Below are positions 1-12,927 of a DNA stretch of 44,261 bases, piece after piece. The stretch spans positions 62,001-106,261 of the forward strand of contig JALJEE010002208.1 of assembly GCA_023231475.1 (NCBI GenBank). Direction: 5' to 3'. The notes under the pieces were generated by a model. The model had not been told where the DNA came from, did no database searches, and was given only the letters and a program-made list of their open reading frames with translations. The stretch's first letter is position 1; every line of letters begins with the position of its first letter. The position numbers and the translations under genes are program-made. This DNA comes from Seison nebaliae. Taxonomy: Eukaryota.

Positions 1-687
1 GGCATACTTGACGACAAAGCAAAATGACCACTTTGTGTTATAGCTGCTTGAACTATTCAAATAAAAATGGATTAAGATAGGAAATATTTGAAAATTGAAA
101 AAGAAGGAATGAACTACTAAATAATCCAGCTAATCCAAGAATCAGATGAAAATATAGAACTTGATAATTGTCCGTATTGATAATATTCAATGGAATTACT
201 AATATCATACAAACAATTCCCACAATTGACCATGGTATGATTCGTTGATTAATTGTAATTCTTGAAAAAAAAATTGAAAAAAATTGAAAAAAATTTTGAA
301 ATTCAATTTAACTTTTTGGAAAAAGGAATTAAAATGAGAAGAACAATTAAATAAATTACACTCGTAATAGTCGCCATATTACTTTGGAATTGTTTTTGGA
401 GAGAATTTAATTCAAATTCTTCCTTGATCAAATCCGCCGTTTCATTTCGAATTGTTCGTAATTTATATTTGAAATACTAGAAAGGATTTGAAAGAGATTG
501 GATGAAGGAAAATGATACGAACTCCATCGGCACAAACGAAATAATTCCAAGCTGATGTTCCAGCCATACCCAAAAGTAGGACGGTGGAATAAGTGAAATA
601 ACTGAAGGAAAATATGATGAATTTATTTGAAAAAAAAAATTAAGAAAACTTATCACTGTTTCCTAAAACTGTTACAGAATCCTCCAT
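1..687 (-). CDS. Equilibrative nucleoside transporter (SLC29/ENT family), N-terminal part; gene runs off the window start
   Basis: Splicing introns at 602-649, 477-522, 261-312 and 53-114 (all GTT..AG on minus) gives MEDSVTVLGNSDNYFTYSTVLLLGMAGTSAWNYFVCADGYFKYKLR...IQAAITQSGHFALSSSMP. This matches the ENT TM1 pattern (LG.G...WN.F..A..YF..KL) and the TM4 region. Start at 687 is uncertain; upstream exons are possible. Confidence 0.8.
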
Positions 688-1574
688 TGTCAATCGTTGT
701 GATGGTTCTTAAAAGAATACGTCTGTCGACAGACGTCTCCTCTCTAAAGATTAGAGTTATGAAAGACGAAGTAGAATATCTTCAACTGGCAACTTGTTCC
801 GTTGTTCTAATTGTGTTGTAGTTTTGTTGAAGTTGAATAATACGAGCTAAAATTATGAACAATTGAAAATAGTTTTTATGATTTATTTGATGAGACAATA
901 GTGATGATGGACGAAGGATAAAAATAGTTTTTATTTATTGATACAATATCATATTCATAATTTAACAATTATTTCTTAATATTGATAAGAAGTAATTTAT
1001 GTGGAATGATTTTAACATTTATTTACAAAATCTTTCATCATTATCATGTTATTATTCTCATTTTGTTGAGTATCTTTTTTCTCGAGTATATTCGACAATT
1101 TAGTCCTTTATCAGTATCAATAAAAATTAATGTTATTTTTCTCACGATACTCATAAGTGATTTTAAGTCTTCATCATTTCTCCTTTTTTCCATTAACATC
1201 GTTATTAGCGAGATTAATAATAGTTGTAAGTCACACCACTTGTAAATGATGATAAATAGATCGATAAATTTTAAAAGATTGTTAAATTTTGTTAAAGAGA
1301 GTTTGAAAAGGAATAACTATTTATGATTTTAAAATTTATTGAAAATTAATTGACTGCCAGAAATTCGATTAAAATATATTTGATGGAATTAATATTAAAA
1401 TGATGAGAATAATTTTGTGTATGATTAGAAAAAGATTAAACGACAAATAATGGGAAGTATGTTCGAATAATAATTAGTAATTGATAAGCAATAATTTCCA
1501 TATTGTAAGAGATCTTAGAAAATAAGAGATTACTATGTTAATGTCATAACATTTAACGGAGAATGTTGAGAGAC

Positions 1575-2144
1575 ATGAAATTTCTTATATTTCTCATAAC
1601 AATTTGTATTTTGAACACAAGTTATTTAATTAATTTAATGAAAATATCAGTAATTCATATGTTCAAATAGAATGTGTCGAATTAGAAGATGATTCAGAAC
1701 CGATGGTTGAGGTAGAACTCGATCCAATCGAAGAGACGGGACATGTCACCAATTCGACGGGTAAAGGACGATGGTTTTTTGTTCTTAAAATACTCTTAAG
1801 CTTAAATTATTATTATTAGGTTATTTGGTAATAACTCTAATCGAAAAGATAAAGCTACTTTGAAAGAGGCGGATATAATGCAAGCAGAACAGGAAGCTAA
1901 TCGGTTGGAAGTGTCTAATATGGTAGATATGGAAGCAGTATGGCGAGAAGCTGAAAAGAGATCAATCGAAGCAAATGCTGATGATCAAGCTTATGAAATT
2001 CTTACAGGTAACAAAGTTAATAATCCACAACATCAACAACAAAATTTTTATGATTCTCAACGATTCCAACAACCACAACAACAACAACAACAAGTTGTTT
2101 ATGTGACAACGAAAAAACCATCATTATTCGATAGTTTATGGTAG
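1575..2144 (+). CDS. Small secreted orphan protein with helical core and Gln-rich C-terminus
   Basis: ATG 1575 with signal-peptide-like MKFLIFLITICILNTKC; introns 1621-1670 and 1774-1819 restore frame into ORF 1860-2144 (...QQQQVVYVTTKKPSLFDSLW*). Confidence 0.7.
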
Positions 2145-2415
2145 AGATTACCTTGTAAAATTGCAAACATTTAATTCATATCTTCAAAATAAAAGATGAA
2201 TCATTTCCATCAACATCTTCTTCCTTTACTATATTTCCATCATTCATATCATATTTGAATTAACAAAATAAGTAAGAAAAATTAATTGTAAAAAAAGTTT
2301 GTGAAGATTTTTATGATCGAAGTTGTTCCTAATTACGAAATTGTTGAAAAAAGAGAGAGAAAATTAAGATGTTAAATTCAAATTTTATTAATTTTAAATT
2401 TTAAGTTTTTCAACC

Positions 2416-5400
2416 ATGTTGTCGTTTATTAAGAGTAATAAATTGCACAGAACACAACAAACGACGGGAAAGAAGGTTGAAGATATCGGAAGTAATGATG
2501 ATGATCGTAAGAGGAAATTTAAGGAAGCGTCAAAAGACGAGAAAAAGAGAAAAGTCTTCTCTGATTCGGAGGATGAAGAAATACAAATCAAACCGATCAA
2601 TTTGAGAGTTGTAAGGAATTTAGATGAGAGTACCGTCACCATGTTCGTTGTTAGTGAGAAAGTGTGTGGAGGATATATTGTGTCGATTCCAACATTCAGT
2701 ATGCCATGTTTCCTTGAAACGACGAATATTTATGAGATTTATTCGATGGCTATCGGGAAAGTGGTTGAATGTGAAGATCGAATAGTTTTGACGGATAAAT
2801 TGAAGAAATTGAATGAGAATATTCTAACGAAAAATTTGAAACAGAATATGAAAATCATCGGGCGAATCGCTGAAGAAGAAGATAATGGTTATATGATTGA
2901 TTTTGGAATGAAGAGTTTGAAAGGATTCTTTATCAGCAAAAAGATAAAAAATGAAGAAATTTTGAACAAATCACAAATTATGTTCAATATCGATAATCCG
3001 TTATCATCAAAAAATGTCATTCAATTATCACAAAATCTTTCAAGTTCTTGTGTCAATCAAGATTTCTCTTCTATTTATTCATTGACAGTGGGCACGTCAG
3101 TGAAGTGTGTGTTGAAGAAAAAAGATAAACAGAAACTTTATTATGAAATTATTGGACATGATCAATTGATCGTTCTCGTTCCGAAAGAACATTTAGCTGA
3201 AAATATCGACAATTATCCCATAGGAAATGAAAAGAAGATTTTCATCATTTATATTCGATATAATTCCACTTTAATCGTGGGATCGATGAAACGGGAGTTG
3301 GGGAAAGGCTTAACGAAATTTAATTATTTTAATAATTTTCTCGACAAACTTCCACTTTATTTCCCATCGAAAATTTCGGAAGTTCAAAATGATTTGAATT
3401 TCATTCGACAACAATACGTTTCCTTTCAAATAATTCGTTATGATCAATTTTCAGAAGTATATCTTGGATATGTGACGAATCTGTTCCATGAAACGATAGC
3501 GAAACGGATAATTGATGATGATGATGTTGTTGTTGGAATGGATTCAAATATTAAATATTCATTTATTCCCGTCAAAAACGATACGATCAAATCGTCATAT
3601 GTTCGAAAAGCGAAAAGAGGATTGAAGAGAATAAGTTGTGTAATTTTCAAGAAATATTTCGAACAATATTCCGACGAAACGAAAGAGAAAATAAATGAAT
3701 TGATGGAAAAGGAAACGAATTTTCTCGGACGAATTCTCCATTTGAATTTAGTGGATGGAACGATTTATTTGAATGGAAATAAGAAGTTATTGAAGAAGAA
3801 AATTTTGAATTTTCATTCTATCAATTTGGGTGATAAAGTTAAAGGAAAAATTAAACATCATTATGATAATGGTCTCTCATTAGAATTACCATCAAATATC
3901 TGTGCATTTCTCCATTATTTAAATGCATTCGATTCAGGGATAGTTGACGAACCGAAAAAATTATTACCAATCGGCAAACTAATCGAAGTGATGGTGACGA
4001 AAATTGACGAGGAGAATCGACGATTAATCGTAACGAGAAAGAAGAAATTGTTGAAAGGAAAATTCAATTTTATTTTCAATTATTCTGATGCCGAACGATT
4101 ATTCCATCAATTGAAAGAAGGTAATTTAGAGGAGAAGAAGAAAGCTTTTACATTCGGAGTCATTTGTCATATTGTTGAACATGAAGGAATGAAAATTCAA
4201 TTAACAAATCCTGATTTGAGTGGTTGGTTACCAATGAAAGAAATTTCGACTGATGTCCAACGAGGATATTTTTTATTGAGTGAATCATTCAAAATTGGAG
4301 AAATGATAAAATGTGGAATTAAAAGTTTATCACAAAATCGAAATAAAATAATTCTTACTTCATATTTGGGAGATGATGCAATTTATGGTAATAATGAAAA
4401 AATTAATATAAATAATGATAAAATTGGAAAAATAATTTGTGGGAAAATTGTGAATAAAACTAAACGAACATTTATTATAGAAAGGAAATTGGATGAAATG
4501 AAAGAATATTATCGATTAGCATTCGATTATTTAACTGATTCATTTAATTTGCAAGAGAATATTTTATCTGTTTTATCAGTTGGTGATGAATTGGACGATT
4601 TATTATTATGGAAATGGAATGTGAATGCGAATGAATTAGTTCTTATTAGGAATCCGATTCTCGTTCAATTTCATAAGAGAAATTTGAAAATTTATTCAAA
4701 TTATTCAACAAATAATGTCAATATTAACGATCAATTAATCGGTGTAGTTTCAAAGAAAATGGAAAATTATATCGTCATTAAATTCCTTGATGGAATTACT
4801 GCAGCTATTCAAAAGAATTTCCTTCTTTATCCTCTCGATCATATTCATTATGGTGATACGATACTCGTCCAATGTACCAGTGTCATAACGAAGAATGATG
4901 AGCAGAAATTTTATTTCGAACAAATATCGTTTAATGAAATCGATTTCAATTATTATTTTCAAGTTTATTTAAATGAATATCAATTCATAAAAGAGAAATC
5001 ATTACAAGTGAATTTGATGAAATTAAATTTATTCTCTATTTATCCCAAAGATAAATTATGGTCATTCTTCTCTCAATGTAATGAGGACGAAAAAGAATTA
5101 TTGAAGAAATATAAATTTTTTATTGTGACCGATTTTAATTTGAATTTGAATCAACCAAAAATCATCGGAATGAAAGATGAACAAATCGAGAGTATGGAAG
5201 AAGTAATGAATGGAAATGAATTGACTAAAATATCTCTTGATAAATTGAGTTGTTCATGTCTTCAACGTTCCAATATCGAATTGGCGATTGGTATGAATTT
5301 TTCGATTAATATGATGAAATTGAATTCTGTGGGAAATTATTTTACTTCCATCGAAATCACTCCAAAAGATCCGTCATTATGTTTTGATACATATAAATAT

Positions 5401-8002
5401 CTCACATCGTTAAAATTAACAGAATCATCAATTCCATTAATGGAACGTGAAATTCCGATAATTGTGAAAAAAGAAAAAAAAGAAGATAATTTGAGAAAAT
5501 TAATAAAAGTGGGGAAAAAATATGAAGCAATCATCAAAACCATCAATCGTCATCATATTTATTTGGAAATTCTCCCTGATCATCATTTATCGTCAACGAC
5601 TCGTGGAATTTCTGGTCGTTGTCATTTGACTAATTCAAATGAACCGAAATATTTCCAGTTAGAAAATTCAAATGAAATTCTCAATTTTGACGAGAAAAGT
5701 CGTTGGCCATTCGAAAGATATTCTGAGAATGAAACGGTAACGGTGCAGGTTTTAGGCTTTACCAAAATCGGAAAAGTTGATCTGGAAAAAAAGATTGAAG
5801 AAATTGTCAATTGTTCCATCATACATGACGACGAGGAAGAGTATCATGAACTTATGGGAAAATTGAAAAGAATTTATGATAATTCAATCAATCTCCTTTC
5901 CGTCGGAACGATAATTCCAGTTTTCATTCATCATTTCAATCCGAAAACTCAAATTTTTGACCTTTCATTTTCAAATAATTTGAAATCGAAAATTAAATTA
6001 AATTTGTGGAAAACGGCAAATAAATTATTGAAGAAAATTGTCGGTCGTTCCATGTCGAATAAAAAAAATATTGACGGATTTTTTTTGTTGGTGAAAATTG
6101 TTGGAGAATATTCTCCAATTAATTCCCAATCGAAACATTTAGTGAAAAATGACAGAAAGAAGAAATTGAGTTGTCGTGAAATAAAACGATTGAGAAAAGA
6201 AATGAAGAAATCGAATCCGGCATTGAAACGACGAGATCTTCTTCATTTCGTTGGGAAGAGTTCGACGAAACTTAATAAAAATTTACAATTTTTAGAAGCT
6301 GATATTTATGAGAAACAATTTAGTTTGGATAATGATGAAATTTATTCATTGAAATCAATTAATGATTCGTTACCGAAAATTAATGATAAAGATGTTGTTT
6401 TAAAGAAAGAGACGAAAGTTGGTGGGAAAATTGAATTAATTCAACCTAATCGAGGACTAATAATTAATTTGAAAACAAATGAAAATAAAGTTATTGGAAC
6501 AAGCAAATCAATTTATGGTTATTTGCATGTAACACAATTGAAGAATGCAGAAGATATTGATAATTACTCAGTGAATGAAGAGATTGAAGGAAATATATGG
6601 AAAAAAGAATCCTCAAAACAATCGAATTATTCGATATCGTATCAATTGACATTAAAGGATGAGAGTCCAATAAATTTTGAAAAATTACAAATTGGTGATA
6701 TGATTAATGGTGTGATTGTTTTCATTAAACAATTGGAAGAGAATAAAAGAATTTTACATGTCACTTATGGTCCAACATGTAATACCGTTATAAATGTGGA
6801 TGAAAGTGATGGAAATTATTATAAATGTAATCAAACTGTTCGAATTCAAGTTTGTTCGATTATCGAACCGAAAATTATTGGATTCCGATTATTACCATCA
6901 ATCACTGAACAGGATGTTAAAATGGAAAGAACAATAAATGAATCGTCTGATGATTCGGATGATGATAATGAATTGTTTAAAGATGTCACTTTCCAACCTG
7001 AATCATCTGATGATGAGAATGGAAATGATGATGATAATGAGAAAGATGATGAAAGTGAGATTGAAGAAGAGAAAATAAATGAAAATAAGAAAAAGGTTTT
7101 TATTATGATTTTTGAAATATTTAATTTTATCTGTTTATTTTTCAGATTTTTAATGACAGTGATAATGAGAGATTGAAGAAAGAGATTGATAATCATCCGG
7201 ATGAAATGAGTAAACAAATTGATTATGTTGTCTGGTTAAGTGAATGCGGAAAAATAGAAATGGCGAGGAAATATAATGAGAAATTATTGACGGAAATAAT
7301 CGTGAGGAAACATGAGAACAGTAAAGATTTAGCAGTTTTTATTTTGAATTTCGAAGGTGAATTTGGTGACGTTAATACGATGAAAGAGAAATTTTATGAA
7401 ATTGCTCAACATGTCAATAATATCGGCCCGATTAGGACACATTTGGTCCGTTTGTGTGAGAACAAGAATGAATTAGAAGTTCAGAAATTTGAAATTTTTT
7501 TTTTGATTTTTCCATTTTTTAGTGTGCGGAAGAAATATTGAAGAAAGCAGCGACGGATTCTCATCAATCGAAAGCAGAATGGATCCGATATGGTTTATTC
7601 CTTTATTCTCATGATAGAATTGAGTGTGGGAGGAATTTGTTAAAGAAAATTTTGTCGATTGGAGACGTTTCTTCAAAAAATTTCAATAATGAATTTATTG
7701 TGAAATGGGCACAAATGGAATTCCGTCATGGTGATTTGGAACAGGCGAAAAAATATTTGGATGGATTAATTCATGCATATCCATCACGTATATCATTTTA
7801 TCTGGTTTATTTAGATTGTCTCGTGAAATATTCAGATTCCGATATGATTCGAGCATTTCTCCATCGTCATATTAATGGGGATGTTAATCTATCAATTAAA
7901 CAACGATTAATTGATCGTTGGTTGAGTTTGGAAGAGAAATGGGACGGTACAACTAGTGAAGATTATTATCGAGTGAAAGCGTTGAAAGAAAAATATCGAT
8001 AA
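2416..8002 (+). CDS. RRP5: rRNA biogenesis protein RRP5/PDCD11 homolog (tandem S1 domains plus C-terminal HAT repeats)
   Basis: 4.68-kb first exon with repeated S1-like motifs (e.g. LGDKVKGKIKHHYDNGLSLEL; IGKLIEVMVTKIDEENRRLIVT) and an acidic linker. Introns 7096-7145 and 7479-7522 join the HAT-repeat exons (FIVKWAQMEFRHGDLEQAK...YPSRISFYLVYLD; RWLSLEEKW). Confidence 0.85.
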
Positions 8003-8233
8003 TTTTCATTTTTCAAATTTTCATGGAAATTTTTCAAAATAATTATTATTATATTATTAAATATTTGTAGTTATCGTTATATAAATAGTTATAATTTATT
8101 TGAAATATCGATATGGAAATATAAATATTTGAATTAAATTTATTCCGTTTCTAACGATATTTAATTACATTCCAATTGTTTAATTGAGTTTCTTTCATTT
8201 TGAATGACAGTTAAAATTTCATAAGAGAAAATT

Positions 8234-10102
8234 ATGCCGAAAAACAAAAAAGTAATTTCTGGTCAAAGTTCAGATGCACAAAAACAATCACGTTTATCAT
8301 CAAATAAATCACGAGATGAATTACTAGGAATTAATAAAGAAAAGAAGAAAAATGTAGCTAAAAAAGAAAAAACGGGAAAAGGTAAATTAAAGAAAGATTT
8401 GTTAATTAACGAAGAGAAAGCGGAAGAAAGTGTTGCGGGACAAATTGAGGATGTTGATAAAATTGAAGGTCCACAAAGCGATATCGTTAAACTTTCCTTA
8501 CCAAGAGATCCCAAACGATGGCAGAAAATTGTAAAAGAATTATATCCATTACTGAGAGAGTTAAGAGGATCGACTATCAGTTTACACTTCGAAATTTACG
8601 CTGATATGATAAGGAAGTTGAGGAGTTTGGGACAAGAATATCCACAAGTTCAAGGAAGTCCTTCTGGGAAAGTTTCGGGAGATGTCCAACATGAATATGA
8701 TGAGAAATTAAAAAATATGATACCATTCATAGATCAAACTAATGTGGATGTGTTACAAAGTGAACGATTAATAAATAAAATTAAAGACTTTTGGACAGAT
8801 GTTGGATTGGTGAAGAAGAAAATTGGACATGCAACTGAATTTCAATTAGGTGTCGAACATCCCAAACTTTTAAATCAACGATATTCTGGCTTGTCGATCA
8901 ATCCAGGAAAAAAAGAACAACAACCGGTAGAATTAGATTTGGATTATGTCAAAGTATTTTGGAGAGTACCAACTACACCCGACGGTCTCCAACCGATCAA
9001 TAAAGGAAGTTAATATAAAATTTAAATAATTTAAACTTTATTTTAAATTTCTACTAAAAATTATTTAATTATTAGTTGAATTTATTCATTGTGAAAAATA
9101 CGATCCATCGTTAATGGTCGATGATTTGGAATTTCTGATGGAAATTTTAAGATTAAGGAATTTAGATGTTGCATTGAATTTGATAGCAATCCATCAAATC
9201 CAAGTAAGAAAAATATGGAAACGTTATTTGTTGACGTTGCAAAAAGCGAGAGCCATTTGTCGCACATATATTATCGATAAGAAAGTTTAAAAAATATTTA
9301 AATATTTTACTGATCTTTTCAAGTACAATAGACGAACTTACCAGATAATATTAGATCGAGTATTCAATACGTTTTATCACATGGAATGCCAGTACCGGTT
9401 TCTTATGCGTTTGCTGATGCTGAAACTTTCCTATTAGGTACAGTGAGAATAATTACAAAATTGTTTCAATTCAATTTTTGTCAGAAAGAAAAGAAATCTA
9501 TAAATTTCAGTATTGCAGAAACACCCGGTCTCTATAACTTTTTGCAAGCGAAATATCTCAGTACAATTACAGTAAAGAAAAAGAATGTCCAAAACGTTCC
9601 ATTTGCAGCGCCAACAAAAGAAGTTTGCGTAGATGTATCAACTTCGTCAGGTCGACAAAGATTTTCAAAGACTGGTGGCAAACTACCAAGTATAGATAAG
9701 AAATCGTTTAGTTATTAATTTAAAATTTTTTTTATTCTTTTCTTATCTAGTCGATTTTCTTTTCCTCATCAATGTACGTCTGAAACCCCCATTATTGAAA
9801 TTATCGCGAAAGAACCCGTCACACCGTCAATGGAAAAGAGTATAACTAAAAAACTACAACATCTTAACTTGAATTGTTTCTTTCCTTTTTCTTTTACCTG
9901 TATTCATTGTAGAATTGAATAATTTTAACTTGGCAATTTAGGTCTATTACCAACGAACCCAAAAATTTATACAGAACAATTGAGAAGTGGCGAAGGATTG
10001 AAATTTGTTCCTATAACCTCGCCTAAAAAACTCGTTAAAAGACCAGTCATGAAAAAGCCGGCCATGAGATGTTACTATCATTGTATTAAAGGTGATCGGT
10101 GA
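8234..10102 (+). CDS. Uncharacterised protein with Lys-rich N-terminus, multi-exon
   Basis: ORF 8234-9013 continues in frame via inferred introns 9009-9075, 9285-9331, 9463-9510 (3n, optional), 9706-9750 and 9876-9941, ending ...PAMRCYYHCIKGDR*. No family recognised; 3' exons are less certain. Confidence 0.55.
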
Positions 10103-10127
10103 ATGAAATAGGAAAGCGATTTTTTTT

Positions 10128-10651
10128 GCATACGACGATTCTCTATAAAGACAACTTAACATAAACTTTTTTTTCAACAAATTTTCATTTACAACATTCT
10201 TTCCACCTCCTAATTTTTAGGGAGTTTTTTATATATGAAAGGAGTTAATAAAAACTTCAAATAAAGAGTGAAACATAAAAAAGAAACAAAATGTTTTACT
10301 TCTCGTTCAATTCTAATATATGTACACGACATAATGGAAGATAATGTTGTATGTTGTATTGAGAGATCAAAGCACAAAAAATGTACTGTTCGTTCTGTGA
10401 TCGACAACAATGATTATATGTCATGATAAATCAGTCAATTCTTAATATTCTGACAGTTGTAGGCAGGAAAATTTATTGATGAAGATAAATTGTTATAGGG
10501 ATTGTTAGAACTATTATTGTCTATAACAGAAGTAAAACTTACAATTGTTAGATAATTTTGTATTATTATTATTATTATACATATATATAAATATATAAAG
10601 TATAATAAATATATTTATTATAAATTAAGTTTGTGGAGAGTCGTCGTACGC
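10128..10651. mobile_element. Possible degenerate non-autonomous DNA transposon (imperfect terminal inverted repeats)
   Basis: 10128-10159 gcatacgacgattctctataaagacaacttaa is an imperfect reverse complement of 10625-10651 ttaagtttgtggagagtcgtcgtacgc (16/20 in the core). No ORF recognised inside and no clear target-site duplication. Confidence 0.35.
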
Positions 10652-10729
10652 CTGCACTTTTCTGTTTTCTTTCATTTATGACATATCATTTTAATAATTA
10701 AATTTGTTTCTCCCAAAAAAAAACAATTG

Positions 10730-10799
10730 TTAATTGGTTTAATAAATCGTAATAATTTCAATCGTTAATTGTTTAAATAAATCGTAATAATTTTAATCG
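10730..10799. repeat. Two-copy 35-nt tandem repeat
   Basis: ttaattggtttaataaatcgtaataatttcaatcg followed by ttaattgtttaaataaatcgtaataattttaatcg. Confidence 0.8.
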
Positions 10800-11282
10800 T
10801 TCGATATCTATTATTTCAATTGTAAGAATTAAAATTCATATTATTAATGACGTAATTTAACTCCAACTATGAATTACAATAAACATTGAAGGAGTATTTT
10901 ATTATTCTATTAAACTACATTATGTATGTTTATTGTAGAAACTGGTATAAATACTAATAGCATAATGTAATTGTTATACGATTATTTCTGATCACTGAGT
11001 AACTTCAAATATTTACTATTTTAAATGTAATATTTCAAATTAGTTTGAAAATTTTTCAAATTTTAATTTGTGATTTATAATAAATTATCTGTCAAGAATT
11101 TCCTATAGAAATGATTGATTGAAATATTTTATACCTTTTCCTATTTATTTCTTATATTGTTACTATGACAACATAATAAAGGTTGTTTCATTGACACTAG
11201 TTTATTGAGATTTATTATCCAATAATTACTGTAAATATGATAATAATAATTTTGAATCGCTGTCTATTTTATCGTAAGAAGA

Positions 11283-11600
11283 ATGTCAATAAATTTTAGT
11301 CAATGGATTATTTATTTTTTATTCTTCCTCTTGCAATCATGGTCGTCGGTGAATGGGAGGAGTTCACTACAAAATTTTCAACTTATCAATAAACCGTATG
11401 AGAACAGTCCCTTGGAGCATTTTGTCGCATATCATATTGGTGATGAGTTGCCAAATATGAGAGATGATTTGTTAAGAAGAAAAGAAAAAGGTGAAAATAT
11501 TTTTCAGCGACATTGGAATGCTTGGATGTCACCAAAGAATTGGAGTTGGAATCATGATAATGAACACGAGGAAGAAAATTTTCCCCATCATGGAAGATGA
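11283..11600 (+). CDS. Small secreted protein, candidate peptide precursor
   Basis: Single-exon 105 aa ORF with hydrophobic signal peptide, RRK basic site, Trp-rich segment HWNAWMSPKNWSWNH and C-terminal GR*. Confidence 0.6.
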   Translation: MSINFSQWIIYFLFFLLQSWSSVNGRSSLQNFQLINKPYENSPLEHFVAYHIGDELPNMRDDLLRRKEKGENIFQRHWNAWMSPKNWSWNHDNEHEEENFPHHGR

Positions 11601-11825
11601 GAATGAATTGGAAAATGGAATTTTCTATATACAAATCATATTCTACTAATCATAACCATGATTCACTCATTAATAAGTTGAAATTGATTAAAGAAATATT
11701 CTAATGATATTTCATCAAATAATAATTATTCTTTCGAATTATATTTCAATTTAAATTTATATACGATTCCATTATGGAAATATTCTTTTCTTTTTTCATT
11801 ATTCTTTCAAATCTTTCCTCTACAA

Positions 11826-12486
11826 ATGAATTCTAAATATTTTATTTTTTGTCTTTTCATTGCAATTACCGGTTAAGTTCTCTAACCTTCTTACTTTTAA
11901 ACAAAATTTCTTCTTTCCAGCACTAATACACGTTAATAGTGAACTCGTTTATAGCAAGAAAAAAGTAGAAAATAATGGAGCCAAAGGAAAATCCATAACA
12001 GCAGCAGCGTTAATAGGAACTGCCGTATTGGGAGGTCTTGCTGGAACTACAATGGCCGCGGGTGCTGCAGCCGAAGCTGAACAACAAAGATTAGCTGAAG
12101 AACAACGTCAATACAACGAGTACAAGGAAGCGGAAGCAAATGCCATTCTTGATTTTGCAAAGAATCCCAATGCACATGTTGACGATCTGATGATTTCTCC
12201 TGAACTGAAGAAATCCGTAAAGAACACTCAATCATTAGAAGACGCTATGAACAACTTTAATGTAGCTTCTCAACAACATTCTCAACAATCTTACTCATCA
12301 AAGGAATCGCAACCTTCAAACCAATATCCGCAACCATCATCTTATAGTTCTTATACTCCACAACCATCATATAATTCTTATGCTCCACAACCATCATCAT
12401 ATAGTTCTTATGCTCCACAACCAACTATTACGTACACATATCCTCAACCGGTGCCCACTCCCTCGTGGACCTATAACTATTGGTAA
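11826..12486 (+). CDS. Secreted orphan protein with Gly/Ala hydrophobic stretch and Pro-Gln-Ser-Tyr repeats
   Basis: ATG 11826, signal peptide MNSKYFIFCLFIAITALIHVNS across intron 11872-11920 (GTTAAG..CAG); then AAALIGTAVLGGLAGTTMAAGAAA, a coiled region, PQPSSYSSY repeats and ...SWTYNYW*. Confidence 0.75.
12331..12423 (+). repeat. Coding tandem repeat, 27-30 nt units (QPSSYSSY[TA]P)
   Basis: Units start with caaccatcat at 12331, 12361 and 12388, with a partial unit at 12418. Confidence 0.85.
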
Positions 12487-12927
12487 GATTACTCTAAAAA
12501 ACTAATTAAATTATCCAACAACATTAACGAATTATGATATTTTTTCCATTTCTTCCACTTCATATGGTTGAGTAGAAATGAGATAAGTTTTGATGAGCAT
12601 TCTCTTCATGTATTAATTCTCAACTAAACTAAAATAACCAATTGACATTTATTTTTTGGAGTAGTATTATTCGATTAAGGTAACAAAATTAAAACTTAAC
12701 AAAATATTTTATTTGAATTTCTTTACCATTTGTTTAGTGAAGTTTCTTTAGAATTTATTTATTTGAATTTTTTTAGAATTTATTTATTTGAATTTTTTTA
12801 GCACTTGTTTATTTTTTTATTGTTAGAAATTTATTTCATTATATAATACTGATATTGTAATTATGTTTCAAACATAATGAAATTTTGAAATTTGTGAAAA
12901 TGTTCTTTCATTTCATTTGATCGTCCT

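Noticed and set aside
2394..7217. Antisense ORFs within RRP5, and similar ones opposite UBA2, WD40, bZIP and Tudor genes
   Set aside because: These are shadow ORFs opposite real exons, with no motifs or independent gene structure.
12747..12801. Two-copy 25-nt AT-rich tandem repeat; also (ttgaaaaaaa)n in the ENT intron at 261-300
   Set aside because: Ordinary slippage repeats in AT-rich DNA.
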